A stretch of 64,000 bases of DNA from Macrostomum hystrix (taxonomy: Eukaryota > Animalia > Platyhelminthes). Location: assembly GCA_950097015.1 (NCBI GenBank), contig CATNEN010000001.1:372001-436000 (forward strand), given 5' to 3'. The translations under genes and the position numbers were made by a program. Of the stretch, positions 12,456-25,803 are shown in pieces (within the stretch, counting starts at the first letter, position 1; the number at the start of each line of letters is the position of its first letter). Below the pieces are notes generated by a model that was given only the letters and a program-made list of their open reading frames with translations, searched no databases and was not told the DNA's origin.

Positions 12456-13139
12456 TGAGAATGAAACTTCCGTTTGATGCCGCTATAAGGCAGACCTATA
12501 TATATATGTATTTAACGTGGGCCTTAGCTGGCTTGGAGGCTGCACTGTAAACAAAGTCAGTGTGACCTCTCAAGGAGACCTAGGTGAGGGGTAAGAGAAA
12601 TATATTGAACACTGAGGTACTGTGAGTGCTTGCACAATCATGTATAGTAGTGGTGTGCTTCAAATCTGTGCACGCATTACACAGAATAGATTATACATGC
12701 AATATGCAAATATGTTCTACAGAAGAGTGACTTTAATGATTTAAACCAGTGCCTATGTGTGCGTAAGTATTTTTACTATATAGTGATCCCAATCAACAGC
12801 CTTGTGCAGCATTTCCTCTTATTATACTAGTCTAGAGAGAGAATTAGAAATGAAGAAGTAGAGAAGGAGAATGAGTATAGGGTCCTGAATCATGATCCGA
12901 AGCCACTCATTCACAGCCTATGCTGATCCATAGTGTGCTGCTAGTTATTGTGGGCTCAGCATCATTGATTGGCCAAGTAGATCGCACTGCATAGAATAGG
13001 AAAGTGAGCATACAGGCAATTGGTAGGAGCATATAGGGGAGAGAGATTGCGAAAAAACTTGGACAGGAATTTGCATTAAACATTTTAGAGAATGGTAGAT
13101 TGAGTGCTGGAGAGAGGGAACGTAGTACAGTTTGGGTGA

Positions 13140-14245
13140 GAATGGGAGAGAGTGGCAGAGAGTGGCAGAGAGTGGCAGAGAGTGGCAGAGAGTAGCAGAG
13201 AGTGGCAGAGAGTGGCAGAGAGTGGCAGAGAGTGGCAGAGAGTAGCAGAGAGTGGCAGAGAGTAGCAGAGAGTGGCAGAGAGTAGCAGAGAGTGGCAGAG
13301 AGTAGCAGAGAGTGGCAGAGAGTGCCAGAGAGTGGGAGAGAGTGGGAGAGAGTGGGAGAGAGTGGGAGAGAGTGGGAGAGAGTGGGTGAGAGTGGGAGAG
13401 AGTGGGAGAGAGTGGGAGAGAGTGGGAGAGAGTGGGTGAGAGTGGGAGAGAGTGGGAGAGAGTGGGAGAGAGTGGGAGAGAGTGGGAGAGAGTGGGTGAG
13501 AGTGGGAGAGAGTGGGAGAGAGTGGGAGAGAGTGGGAGAGAGTGGCAGAGAGTAGCAGAGAGTGGGTGAGAGTGGGAGAGAGTGGGAGAGAGTGGGTGAG
13601 AGTGGGAGAGAGTGGGAGAGAGTGGGAGAGAGTGGGAGAGAGTGGGAGAGAGTGGGAGAGAATGAGAGAGAGTGGGTGAGAGTGGGAGAGAGTGGGAGAG
13701 AGTGGGAGAGAGTGGGAGAGAGTGGGAGAGAGTGGGAGAGAGTGGGAGAGAGTGGGAGAGAGTGGGAGAGAGTAGGCGAGTGGGTGAGAGAGATAGTGGG
13801 AGAGAGTAGGTGAGGGAGAGATAGTGGGAGAGAGTAGGCGATTGGGTGAGAGAGATAGTGGGAGAGAGTAGGCGAGTGGTTGAGAGAGATAGTGGGAGAG
13901 AGTAGGCGATTGGGTGAGAGAGATAGTGGGAGAGAGTAGGCGAGTGGGTGAGAGAGATAGTGGGAGAGAGTAGGCGAGTGGGTGAGAGAGATAGTGGGAG
14001 AGAGTAGGTGAGAGAGTGTTAGTGGGAGAGAGTAGATGAGAGAGAGTTAGTGGGAGAGAGTAGATGAGAGAGAGTTAGTGGGAGAGAGTAGGTGAGAGAG
14101 AGTTAGTGGGAGAGAGTAGATGAGAGAGAGTTAGTGGGAGAGAGTAGGTGAGAGAGAGATGGTGGGAGAGAGTAGGTGAGAGAGAGTTAGTGGGAGAGAG
14201 TAGGTGAGAGAGAGATAGTGGGAGAGAGTAGGCGAGTGGGTGAGA
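13140..14245. repeat. Purine-rich array: (gagagtggga)n 10-mer changing to ~30-bp variants
   Basis: Direct reading. Confidence 0.95.
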
Positions 14246-14675
14246 CTGAAAGAGCGCATGACAGAACGAAAGTGACACAGATACAGCGAGGAGAAGTCAC
14301 AGATGATGAGTTGTGTTGAGTACTGTAGGCTCGATTGGGAGATAAATTGATCTGCAGAGTGACAAGTGCCACAACTAAGTGTCAGTCAGAGCGATTTCGC
14401 ATAGAGAGATTGATTTTTTGAGACCTCGAGGTAAAAGTAGGATGTTTTGTGTATCCCAAGTGATAGCTAAAGTCAATACAAAATGACATCAACATTGTGC
14501 GTACACTTAGCTGAGTCACGATTCTCTGACATGCAAAGGTAGATCTGAGCTTCATTAGAATGTTTTTGAGCTTAAGAAAATGACATGCTCTCATCACAGC
14601 TTATCAATCATTTAACAATGTCCTGTTTGCTCACGAGCAAAGTAACTGTTCATTTACGACTGGTTGCATCGATTC

Positions 14676-15760
14676 AGCATCAAACTACGTCTATAGAGCA
14701 TCAAACTAAGTCGATAGAGCATCGAACTAAGTCGATAGAGTATCAAACTAAGTCGATAAAGCATCAAACTAAGTCGATAGAGCATCAAACTAAGTCGATA
14801 GAGCATCGAACTAAGTCGATAGAGTATCAAACTAAGTCGATAAAGCATCAAACTAAGTCGATAGAGCATCAAACTAAGTCGATAAAGCATCAAACTAAGT
14901 CGATAGAGCATCAAACTAAGTCGATAAAGCATCAAACTAAGTCGATAGAGCATCAAACTAAGTCGATAAAGCATCAAACTAAGTCGATAGAGTATCAAAC
15001 TAAGTCGATAGAGTATCAAACTAAGTCGATAGAGCATCAAACTAAGTCGATAGAGCATCAAACTAAGTCGATAGAGCATCAAACTAAGTCGATAGAGCAT
15101 CAAACTAAGTCGATAGAGCATCGAACTAAGTCGATAGAGTATCAAACTAAGTCGATAAAGCATCAAACTAAGTCGATAGAGCATCAAACTAAGTCGATAA
15201 AGCATCAAACTAAGTCGATAGAGCATCAAACTAAGTCGATAAAGCATCAAACTAAGTCGATAGAGCATCAAACTAAGTCGATAGAGTATCAAACTAAGTC
15301 GATAGAGTATCAAACTAAGTCGATAGAGTATCAAACTAAGTCGATAGAGCATCAAACTAAGTCGATAGAGAATCAAACTAAGTCGATAGAGCATCAAACT
15401 AAGTCGATAAAGCATCAAACTACGTCGATAGAGCATCAAACTAAGTCGATAGAGCATCAAACCAAGTCGATAGAGCATCAAACTAAGTCGATAGAGCATC
15501 AAACTAAGTCGATAGAGCATCAAACTAAGTCGATAGAGCATCAAACTACGTCGATAGAGCATCAAACTAAGTCGATAGAGCATCAAACTACGTCGATAGA
15601 GCATCAAACTAAGTCGATAGAGCATCAAACTAAGTCGATAGAGCATCAAACTAAGTCGATAGAGCATCAAACTAAGTCGATAGAGCATCAAACTAAGTCG
15701 ATAGAGCATCAAACTAAGTCGATAGAGCATCAAACTACGTCGATAGAGCATCAAACTACA
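14676..15760. repeat. 21-bp minisatellite (gcatcaaactaagtcgataga)n
   Basis: Direct reading; explains the SIEHQTK and MLYRLSL ORFs. Confidence 0.97.
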
Positions 15761-17137
15761 GCACATTTGAGCACATTTCTGTTTCAGATCCCAAGTCTCA
15801 AGCAACCAAAACATTTTCTGCTGTCTCTCGGAAAATGTGATAAAGAGGGAAGATGATAGACTAAAAAAGACAAAGCCTGCAATGTCTGACGCTCAGTTAA
15901 AATATAGTGTTCTCAAGCTAAGAACCTGCTCTATGTTATAAACTTGCTGTTTGAGTTCTATTTGTTTTTAAGATAATGGCTTGTGGCAATTAACACAGAC
16001 AATATCATTTGTAATATATTTACTAATAGCCTTTAAATGTTAGAACAAAAGCTAACTTTAATATAATATACTATTCTGAAAAATTGTAAACACTAATTAT
16101 AAAGTTCGCATGAATAACATTAAAAAACTAGTTAATAGTAAAAAAGTTTTGTCAAATAAAGTAACTATCAGTTTTTCAAACAGAGAGAAAACTAGCTTTG
16201 GCAGGAACGTTGAAAATTAGTTTTCTATAATTGGGCATTCATGATGTAATTGAACGGAATGTGCAGAAATAGAAAGGATAAGCTTAATCGATTTCTTTAA
16301 AAATTCCGATCGAATTTAGGCACAAAGATTATTATAAGACAACAGAAACTACAATGAATGCCAGTTTACAGAAATACGAATATTATAAGTTAGAATTTTC
16401 TGTTTAAAGCCAATTACGAGGATACAAAATAAACTAAAAAGGGATCCGAAATAAACAGGAAATCAAGTCGCCAAAAACAGTAAGAAAATGTCAATTGGTG
16501 CTTATAGGAACACATTAATTTGATACACAAAAATGTTATGGCAATGTACTGTGACCGCAGATTTGCTACAAACTTTGATGCGCTCATCAACTTACAGATG
16601 ATATGCAATTATAATAATGATGCTAAAACTATTGAAACTCTAACAAAAACTATATTTAAAATGATATGAATATAATCTACAAAAAAACCTGACGCAGTAT
16701 CCAGTTCGCACCGATGCTGCAAAATTCTTTAAAATAGTAAATTACCGCTGAGTGATTAACCATAATTCTGAGCAAAAACAGCAGTTAATAATAGCTTGCA
16801 GGTAAGAACGGGTCAATATTTCAATGAATTTCAATGAGAATTGTCTGTGACATGTTTCGTACAGTTGAAACTCATATTTGTTGGTAGCGGCAGATTCCAA
16901 AGTCCACGGACAACACAGCTGTACACAGCCTTTGTAGCGCCGAGCAATCTCAATGCGATTAAATTTACATGTGGCTTAACTTTGCAAAATGTAATTTTCA
17001 CCTTCTACATATTTCCCAGGTGAGGGTCTACTTTGATCAGTAGTATGCTATGATTTGATTCAGTATGCAGTTAGTCAAATTAATTATCCCAAGAGCAGGA
17101 ACAGACACCCCTCAGCACCTGTCAGTAACTTGTGTTG

Positions 17138-20100
17138 CTAAGCAGCCGCGCTGCTAGCAGCTCGCAGGCCATCGTACATCTTCTGGAAGTCGTCGCGGAA
17201 CCTGGCCCTCAGATCCGGCCTGCGCGATTTGAAAGTCGGCGTCAGCAGGCCGTTCTCAACTGAGAACTGCTCAGCGTGCAGCTTGATGTCTTTGCACAGC
17301 TCAAAGCCTTTAAGTCCGTTCTCGCGACCGATGCGGTTCAGGTCTTCTAAGATGGCGCGTTTCAGAGGGCCGTCAGCGTCGCGGCAGAGGGCCTCCAGGT
17401 CCTGCGGCAGACCGCGAGACTTGGCCCACGGCAGCACCACCTCGGGATCGGGCACCACGATGCCGAGGACGTAGATCTGAGGGAATTCGGCGAGGGCAAA
17501 TGTACTTTTAGCTCTTGTTGAAGTGCAGCACTTCATTTAGACTTCAAACACATAACACTCGTCGATTAGTCTAAAAGTACATCAGACAGGTGCGAAACAC
17601 TCGCTGAGCAGTCTAAAAGTACATCCGGCAGGTTCAGCTCACCTCCAGAGAGTCGCCGTCGACAAAAATCTGCGCCACAAACTGGGACCGGCTCAGCAGC
17701 TGCTCAATCTTCTCCGGAGCCACGTACTCTCCCTGAGCCAGTTTGAACAGGTGCTTCCTCCTGTCCACAATCTTCAGGCAGCCGTTCTCCGTCCACTCGC
17801 CGATGTCACCGGTGTGCAGCCAGTTGTCGGCTTCCAGCACCTCGGCAGTTTTGTCCTCCATTCGGAAGTAGCCGGTGAACACGTTGGCGCCGCGGACGCA
17901 CACCTCGCCGCGACCGTCAGCAGCGTTGAGGCCCATCTCGGGAACGTCCACCAGCTTGACATGGTTGCACGGTATCGGAGCTCCGACGTGGCCGAGGCCA
18001 ACCTCGCCCGGCAGGGTGACGGTGACAGCCGCTGTGGCTTCAGTCTGGCCGTAGCCTTCGAATACCGGACAGCCGAATGCAGCCCGAATGAACTGCATCA
18101 CCTTGGCACCGATGGGAGCAGAGCCTGAAAATTTACCGAGTGATTAGCTCATGAGCAAGTGTAACTAAGTCAGTAAATTATAAAAACTACGTCGATCGAG
18201 CACAAAATATGGCAATACATCATAAAACCACGTCCATGCTGACCATACATAATACGTAATCTACGTAACTACGTAATCAAAATAAAACCATGCATTATAC
18301 TACGTCCATACATCAAACTACATCATCAACTACGTCATCAAACTACGTACAAGCATCAAAATAAGTCATCAAACTACGTCCAAGCATCAAAATAAGTCAT
18401 TAAACTACGTCCAAGCATCAAACTAAGTCATCAAACTGCGTCCAAGCATCAAACTAAGTCATCAAACTAAGTCATCAAACTACGTACAAGCATCAAAATA
18501 AGTCATCAAACTACGTACAAGCATCAAAATAAGTCATCAAACTACGTACAAGCATCAAAATAAGTCATCAAACTACGTCCAAGCATCAAACTAAGTCATC
18601 AAACTAAGTCATCAAACTACGTACAAGCATCAAACTAAGTCATCAAACTACGTACAAGCATCAAACTAAGTCATCAAACTACGTCCAAGCATCAAAATAA
18701 GTCATCAAACTACGTCCAAGCATCAAACTAAGTCATCAAACTACATACAAGCATCAAAATAAGTCATCAAACTACGTACAAGCATCAAAATAAGTCATCA
18801 AACTACGTCCAAGCATCAAACTAAGTCATCAAACTACGTCCAAGCATCAAACTAAGTCATCAAACTACATACAAGCATCAAAATAAGTCATCAAACTACA
18901 TACAAGCATCAAAATAAGTCATCAAACTACGTCCAAGCATCAAACTAAGTCATCAAACTACGTCCAAGCATCAAACTAAGTCATCAAACTACGTACAAGC
19001 ATCAAAATAAGTCATCAAACTACGTCCAAGCATCAAACTAAGTCATCAAACTACATACAAGCATCAAAATAAGTCATCAAACTACGTACAAGCATCAAAA
19101 TAAGTCATCAAACTACGTACAAGCATCAAAATAAGTCATCAAACTACGTACAAGCATCAAAATAAGTCATCAAACCACGTCCAAGCATCAAAATAAGTCA
19201 TCAAACTACGTACAAGCATCAAAATAAGTCATCAAACCATGTCCAAGCATCAAAATAAGTCATCAAACTACGTACAAGCATCAAAATAAGTCATCAAACC
19301 ATGTCCAAGCATCAAAATAAGTCATCAAACCACGTCCAAGCATCAAAATAAGTCATCAAACTACGTACAAGCATCAAAATAAGTCATCAAACCATGTCCA
19401 AGCATCAAAATAAGTCATCAAACTACGTACAAGCATCAAAATAAGTCATCAAACTACGTACAAGCATCAAAATAAGTCATCAAACTACGTACAAGCATCA
19501 AAATAAGTCATCAAACTACGTCCAAGCATCAAAATAAGTCATCAAACTACGTACAAGCATCAAAATAAGTCATCAAACCACGTCCAAGCATCAAAATAAG
19601 TCATCAAACTACGTACAAGCATCAAAATAAGTCATCAAACTACGTCCAAGCATCAAAATAAGTCATCAAACTACGTACAAGCATCAAACTACGTCATCAA
19701 TCTACACAAGCATCAAACTACGTCATTAAACTAAGTACAAGCATCAAACTACGTCATTAAACTAAGTACAAGCATCAAAATAAGTCATCAAACTACGTAC
19801 AAGCATCAAACTACGTCATCAATCTACACAAGCATCAAACTACGTCATTAAACTAAGTACAAGCATCAAACTACGTCATTAAACTACGTCCAAGCATCAA
19901 AATAAGTCATCAAACTACGTACAAGCATCAAACTACGTCATCAATCTACACAAGCATCAAACTACGTCATTAAACTAAGTACAAGCATCAAACTACGTCA
20001 TTAAACTAAGTACAAGCATCAAACTACGTCATTAAACTAAGTACAAGCATCAAACTACGTCATTAAACTACGTCCAAGCATCAAAATAAGTCATCAAACT

Positions 20101-23100
20101 ACGTACAAGCATCAAAATAAGTCATCAAACTACGTCCAAGCATCAAACTAAGTCATCAAACTACATACAAGCATCAAAATAAGTCATCAAACTACGTACA
20201 AGCATCAAAATAAGTCATCAAACTACGTACAAGCATCAAAATAAGTCATTAAACTACGTACAAGCATCAAAATAAGTCATCAAACTACGTACAAGCATCA
20301 AAATAAGTCATTAAACTACGTACAAGCATCAAAATAAGTCATTAAACTACGTACAAGCATCAAAATAAGTCATCAAACTACGTACAAGCATCAAAATAAG
20401 TCATCAAACTACGTACAAGCATCAAAATAAGTCATCAAACTACGTACAAGCATCAAAATAAGTCATCAAACTACGTACAAGCATCAAAATAAGTCATCAA
20501 ACTACGTCCATGCACCATCCATAAAGTACGATGACACATTGACAAGTAAGTCAAATAATCGAATCAAATCAACAAATTGAAATAAATCAAATTAAATCAT
20601 CAAATGCATAATCAAATTACAAAAAACTTCGTCAATACATCATCAACCTTCGTCAATACATCATCAACCATCGTCAATACATCATCAACCATCGTCAATA
20701 CATCATCAACCATCGTCAATACATCATCAACCTTCGTCAATACATCATCAACTTTCGTCAATACATCATCAACCATCGTCAATACATCATCAACCTTTGT
20801 CATACAATCATTAAACAACTAGAATCCATTTACTCACCGGTAATAACAACTCGAACCCGTCCACCAGTGAGCTGATGTACTCGGGAAAACACCAGCTTGT
20901 CCCACATTGTGTCCCGTCGAATGACACCTTTTTCGAGCATCTTTGTCTTTCGATCTACAGCAATCTCCAACAGCTTAGACTTGATGACACTGCCAGACAC
21001 TCCAGCCAGGACTCTGTCGTACAGGCGATTCAGAAGTCGCGGCACAGTGCAGAAGAGAGTCGGGCGAAGGACTTGCATATCCTCCAGTAGCTGGCGCACA
21101 TCGCCACGAAAGAAACCGACCCGCATGCCATTTAGGAAGCACATGGTGATGGCGCATCGCTCAAACATGTGAGCCAGGGGCAGGTAGGACAGGTAGGTGT
21201 CTTCAGGACTAAGAGGCGGCAGCACCTATTTGTAATTCAATCGATTTTGATCATTAATAATGCGAGCAATCTTATTCATGCAAGAAAACAACATTTAGCA
21301 CCAACAGAAATGACAAATACACATGAAGTACCTGAGTAGCGTTGGTCTTGTCCAGCAGGATAACACTATACACACCAGCCATGTTGCTCATGATGTTCCT
21401 GTGAGTCAGTTGGACGCCCTTGGGCACACCTATTGAATTGTTACAAGCAATAAATCATTAGCACTGACACTCCTTTAAGCCAGTTCCGAAGCCAGACATC
21501 GCGAATCTCACCTGTGGTGCCGCTGGTGTAACACAATGTCGCCAGGTCGTCAGGTCCTGGTGGATCAACCTGAGCCAGGTTCTTCCGACCCCATTCGACC
21601 AGTTCGGACCAGCCATGCAGCTCTACACCGGCTTCCTGAGCCTCCTTCAGCAGCTCGGCCTTTGGACTCGAGCCCATGAGAACCACGTGACGAAAGGCGG
21701 GAGCCTCCGACTTGCACTGCAGCAGATTGCGAGCTTTGGCCTCCGAGTCAACCACAACCACTCTAGAGCCAGTCTGGCTGAGGATATGGCTGCAAGCCTC
21801 CGTGCCCAGCGTGTCGTACAGCGGCACCAGGACCAGCGAGAACTGGTTGCTGGCCAGCTCAGTGAGCACCCACTCTACTCGGTTCTGAGCATAGATGCCC
21901 ACGAATTCGCCTCGCGAGAGACCCAGCTTGGCGGTGAGGGCGCTGCCCAGCTCCCTGGCCTGGTCGTACACCTGCTGATAGGTGATCCACTCGTAAGGAC
22001 CGTCTCCTGTGCGCCTGCCCAAGCAGGGCCCGTTGCCCGACTGCCGGATGCCTCGAAGGAAGCCGTCGTGCAGCGTTTTCGCGTCCTCGAACCAGAACTC
22101 GAGAATGTCCGACGTGTCAGAGAACGGCCAGCAGCGGGACCCGTCCTGTAGTTTTTTGGGGAGAAATGTCTTTTGACTTTTGGTTCGGACGACCGCCACC
22201 TTATTTTTAACAAGTTACCTCAAGCTAAAATATATTAAAGTGTCTTGCTCAATGAACATTCCTTCGTTGAGATTGAAATTCAAACCTGTTGTTCCGTAAC
22301 CTGAAGCACTTACCGCACCAGCCTTACAAGCCTTTCTGTGTATGCATTCCCCATTAAACTATCTCATTAGAACCTTAAAAATGAAGAGTCGCTGCCAAAA
22401 ATGTGCAAATGGAACCTGCACTGAAGTTTTTTATGTCTATAATAAGATTGAGTGCGCGTGTAGTTGGGGGGTAGAAGTGTACTGCTCAAGTCGCGCGATA
22501 TGCAGTCTTCTTTTGCGAACTTAAGTTGTTTGCATTTCTACAAAGTGAACTCGCTTTAAAGTACTGCACTATAGCAGCAATTGTTGGCTAAATGCTCAAT
22601 AAATTATTGGTTAAGTATTAAACATTTTCACTTTCAATTTACACAAATCCAATATTCAAATTAGACAAATGCAAATCCAATTTAGACAGCTCAGACATTC
22701 GATTTAAAAAGTGATTATTTTATTTAGACACTTCCTCGTCTTGTACTTTTCTGTCTATGGTAAAATCTCGTTAGTTCTGATACAAAACTCACATTCAGAT
22801 TAGATAGTCGACATTCTAGGAATTCGAAAATGTGTTGTAGTTAGCCTACGCGTGTTGAAACGAGGTTGAAACTAACGGCAGCCCGCCCGTCGCTGTTGTC
22901 TATGGTCGAATTCTATAGATATGCACAGCGGGCGGTCCGTGAAGTACTGTACAGTACTCCAGCATTGGTTTTATTTAATCACACCGAGATAACATACTCT
23001 CAATGCCTATTAATAATTTATCTACAATAGTATAGTATTAGTAATAAAGTTTATTATACGAGTAGAACTAAAGCTATGATTCAGCAGAATTTTTGTCTTT

Positions 23101-25235
23101 GTCGAACAAGGCAATCTAACCTACCTACCTACCCTGTACATTTAGATAGACACCCAAAGTGGAATTTTTCTTCTGTGGGCCTAGAAGAGTCGAGACAAGA
23201 CCGATAAGAAATTGAGTTCCTATGTATAAGACCTGTACGTAGCTTTCGTAAAAGTGCGCGAATGCGTGTTTAAAGATAAAAATAGCTGAAAGAATCGAAG
23301 GCAGTGAAATGAAGCCTTATAAAATAGCAACTTACTGGCAAGACTCTGGACTGAACCGGGTAATGCTGAAATGTGCCCGGCTTCTGTCTTCGTTGAGTAG
23401 ACGATTTGCCATTATTCAAACTATTATTACTAGCAGTGGTTGTGTCACCATCGCGTCCAGTCGAGTATTGACCGGTTGAATTCAAATTGCCCATTTGTGT
23501 TTTTGAAGGATTAATAATAAAAGATTCGGATTGTTGAATGTTTAGTTAGTTTCGACAACGATGTGGCACTGTGTATGAAAATTATAGAAGAATTTCAGCA
23601 ATAAATAAAGATTGGCTGGGGGGTTGGGGCAGAGAAATTAAGACCGGGTTTTAGACACAAAGTGAACCCCCTCAAATTTCAGTTCGCTCTTGTGTTGTTA
23701 GTCTAAGTGCGGGTGCGCCGCCACCACCCAATGTACATTATTTTAGCCACACACCCTGAATGTACATTCCGGCCCGCCCTCCGGCCAAGGCCAGGGCACC
23801 CGCCACCCCCTCATTTTCCCTTCCTCTCTCTCTCCCTCAAGTGAAGAATAATTTGTCTACGTCAAGCTTCTAAAGTGGCGGCGCCCCACCGCCCACAGAT
23901 TCGCATAACAGGCGGGTCAGCAGAGAGCCAAACCTCCTTAGAAGAATAAAAAAACGGCAGCTGCACACATCGTATAAATGCGCCTAGATATGGAAATGGA
24001 AGACTACGGGACGGACAATGGGCGATATTGAGCCCCTGTGCTCTTGTGCATGTTGTCGATAAATGCGAGGAGACGCGTCTCTGAGACTTCAATTTAGCTA
24101 AGAACTGTACCGGTGCACAGACAATAGACTCAACATTTTCTTTATTACCAAAATTTAGATTGTAAAAATACCCACTCGTCTTAAGAGGAATGCAGAATAA
24201 AATAATGGGCCAGAAGCGAAACAATACACGATAAAGAGACCTCCCAACATGAACAGCACTACTTATTAGTTTTCTTCCATAGCTTGATTGTGCTCAACAA
24301 GATCCATCTCACCATCTCATATCGTTTGCTGCACTCTATACTAAACAACCAGTCCCTAAGTGCTTTTGTCAACATACCAACGAGTTCACACCATTAGCTA
24401 AGTATTTTCCAGCCTAAAAATAGCTCCAGTGATGAAGCTGAGCCTTCATTTTAAGTAGACGGGGTACTTCTAGATAACTTACAATCTCACCCTTCTCATT
24501 TCCAATCTCACCCTTCCTATTTTCAATCTCAACCTTCCAATGTCAAATCTCACCCTTCTCATTTCCAATCTCACCCTTCCTATTTTCAATCTCAACCTTC
24601 CAATGTCAAATCTCACCCTTCTCATTTCCAATCTCACCCTTCCAATTCGAAATCTCAACCTTCCAATTTGAAATCTCACCCTTCCCATTTGAAATCTCAC
24701 CCTTCTCATTTCCTATCTCACCCACCATTTTACCAATCTCACCCCTCTCATTTTCCGATCTCATTCTTCCTGTTACTATTCCATCCTGCCCATTTCCAAT
24801 CTCATCCTTTCTGTTTCCAATCCCATTTTTCCTATTTCCAATCCTAACCTTCCCGTTTCCAATCCCAGCCTTCTTGTTTCCAATCTCCTCATTTTATTTT
24901 TTAATCTCACTCTTCCCATTTCTAATCTTACCCTTCTCATTTCTAATCTCATTCTTCCTATTTCAATCATATCCCTCATCTCCCATCTCAACCTTCTTAT
25001 CTACTCTTATAGATGTCCCTAAATTGCTCAATTCAAACGGAACAAATCCCACGCACATTATATTTGAAACACTCACAGGTAAAACGCGCGACTGTTGCTG
25101 ATCTCCGCCTAGTAGGCTTAGCAGTGGCGTAGGACCGAATTGTTGAGTAGGACGACCGAGCCATCGATAGAACATTGTGCCGAAAATGACGGCTGCTGCT
25201 CCGGTGCCCAACGTGGCAATTGTACTGCTATCCAT
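17138..25235 (-). CDS. ACSL: Long-chain-fatty-acid--CoA ligase (ACSL1/5/6 family). Exons 25077-25235 (alternative 23336-23494), 21512-22145, 21332-21429, 20838-21225, 17643-18124, 17138-17476
   Basis: Motifs YTSGTTG|VPKG, YLSYLPLAHMFER, TG|SAP, EGYGQTE, WLHTGDIG, IVDRRKHLFKLAQGEYVAPEKIE and ENGLLTPTFK. All introns are GT-AG with consistent phases. Confidence 0.95.
18300..20510. repeat. Intronic 31-bp minisatellite (gcatcaaaataagtcatcaaactacgtacaa)n
   Basis: Fills most of ACSL intron 18125-20837. Confidence 0.96.
20626..20800. repeat. 21-bp minisatellite (catcaaccatcgtcaatacat)n
   Basis: Direct reading. Confidence 0.93.
23336..23494 (-). CDS. ACSL: ACSL alternative first exon B (53 codons, MGNLNS... 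QSRVLP)
   Basis: ATG start, ends QSRVLP|gtaag in phase 0, same as exon A. Confidence 0.8.
24482..24995. repeat. Degenerate 21-bp repeat (aatctcacccttctcatttcc)n
   Basis: Direct reading; lies between the two ACSL first exons. Confidence 0.85.
25077..25235 (-). CDS. ACSL: ACSL alternative first exon A (53 codons, hydrophobic anchor, ends QSRVLP)
   Basis: MDSSTIATLGTGAAAVIFGTMFYRWL hydrophobic stretch typical of ACSL N-termini; donor cct|gtgagt. Confidence 0.85.
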
Positions 25236-25803
25236 TTTGTCTCTCAGCTTGAATAAATAATTAATTAAAATTCAATTTCTATCTATCAACAGTAACGAAT
25301 TGATTCTTAAACACCTGCGTAAGCGAGTCTAGTTTCCAAAGATCGCTATATTTATAATGGTCAATCGACTAGAAGCAATGCTACACACAGGCCTGTTAAG
25401 CTGATAAGATTATTAAATCTGATGCTAAGACTGGACTCTAAGCACGAGTTGCATTGGAACCGTTATGGCACGATGAGATTAAATTAAAAAAAAGCAGAGA
25501 ATTGATAAATGAGAGCCGGTCTGAAAGTTTTAAAGAAAAAAAATTTGGAACAATTTTCTTGCCGGCAGAAAAAGTCAAATGTGAGTCCTTTTTTATAGCG
25601 GTGTACATATGGAACCATAAAAATGTACGGTGTGGAAAATATACCTAGGAAAATATAGCTTAACCTAAAAAAACTTAACACAATGACATTGTTTATAAAC
25701 TAATACATTTTTATTTTTCCTGATTTCATGCTCACAAATATGTCATTATATTTTCTACAGAGATATATTTTATTTGTGTGATATTGATTTCTCAAATTTC
25801 TTT

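Noticed and set aside
14585-15856. 423-aa and 386-aa ORFs on opposite strands
   Set aside because: A 21-bp unit with stop-free frames; no splice or domain support.
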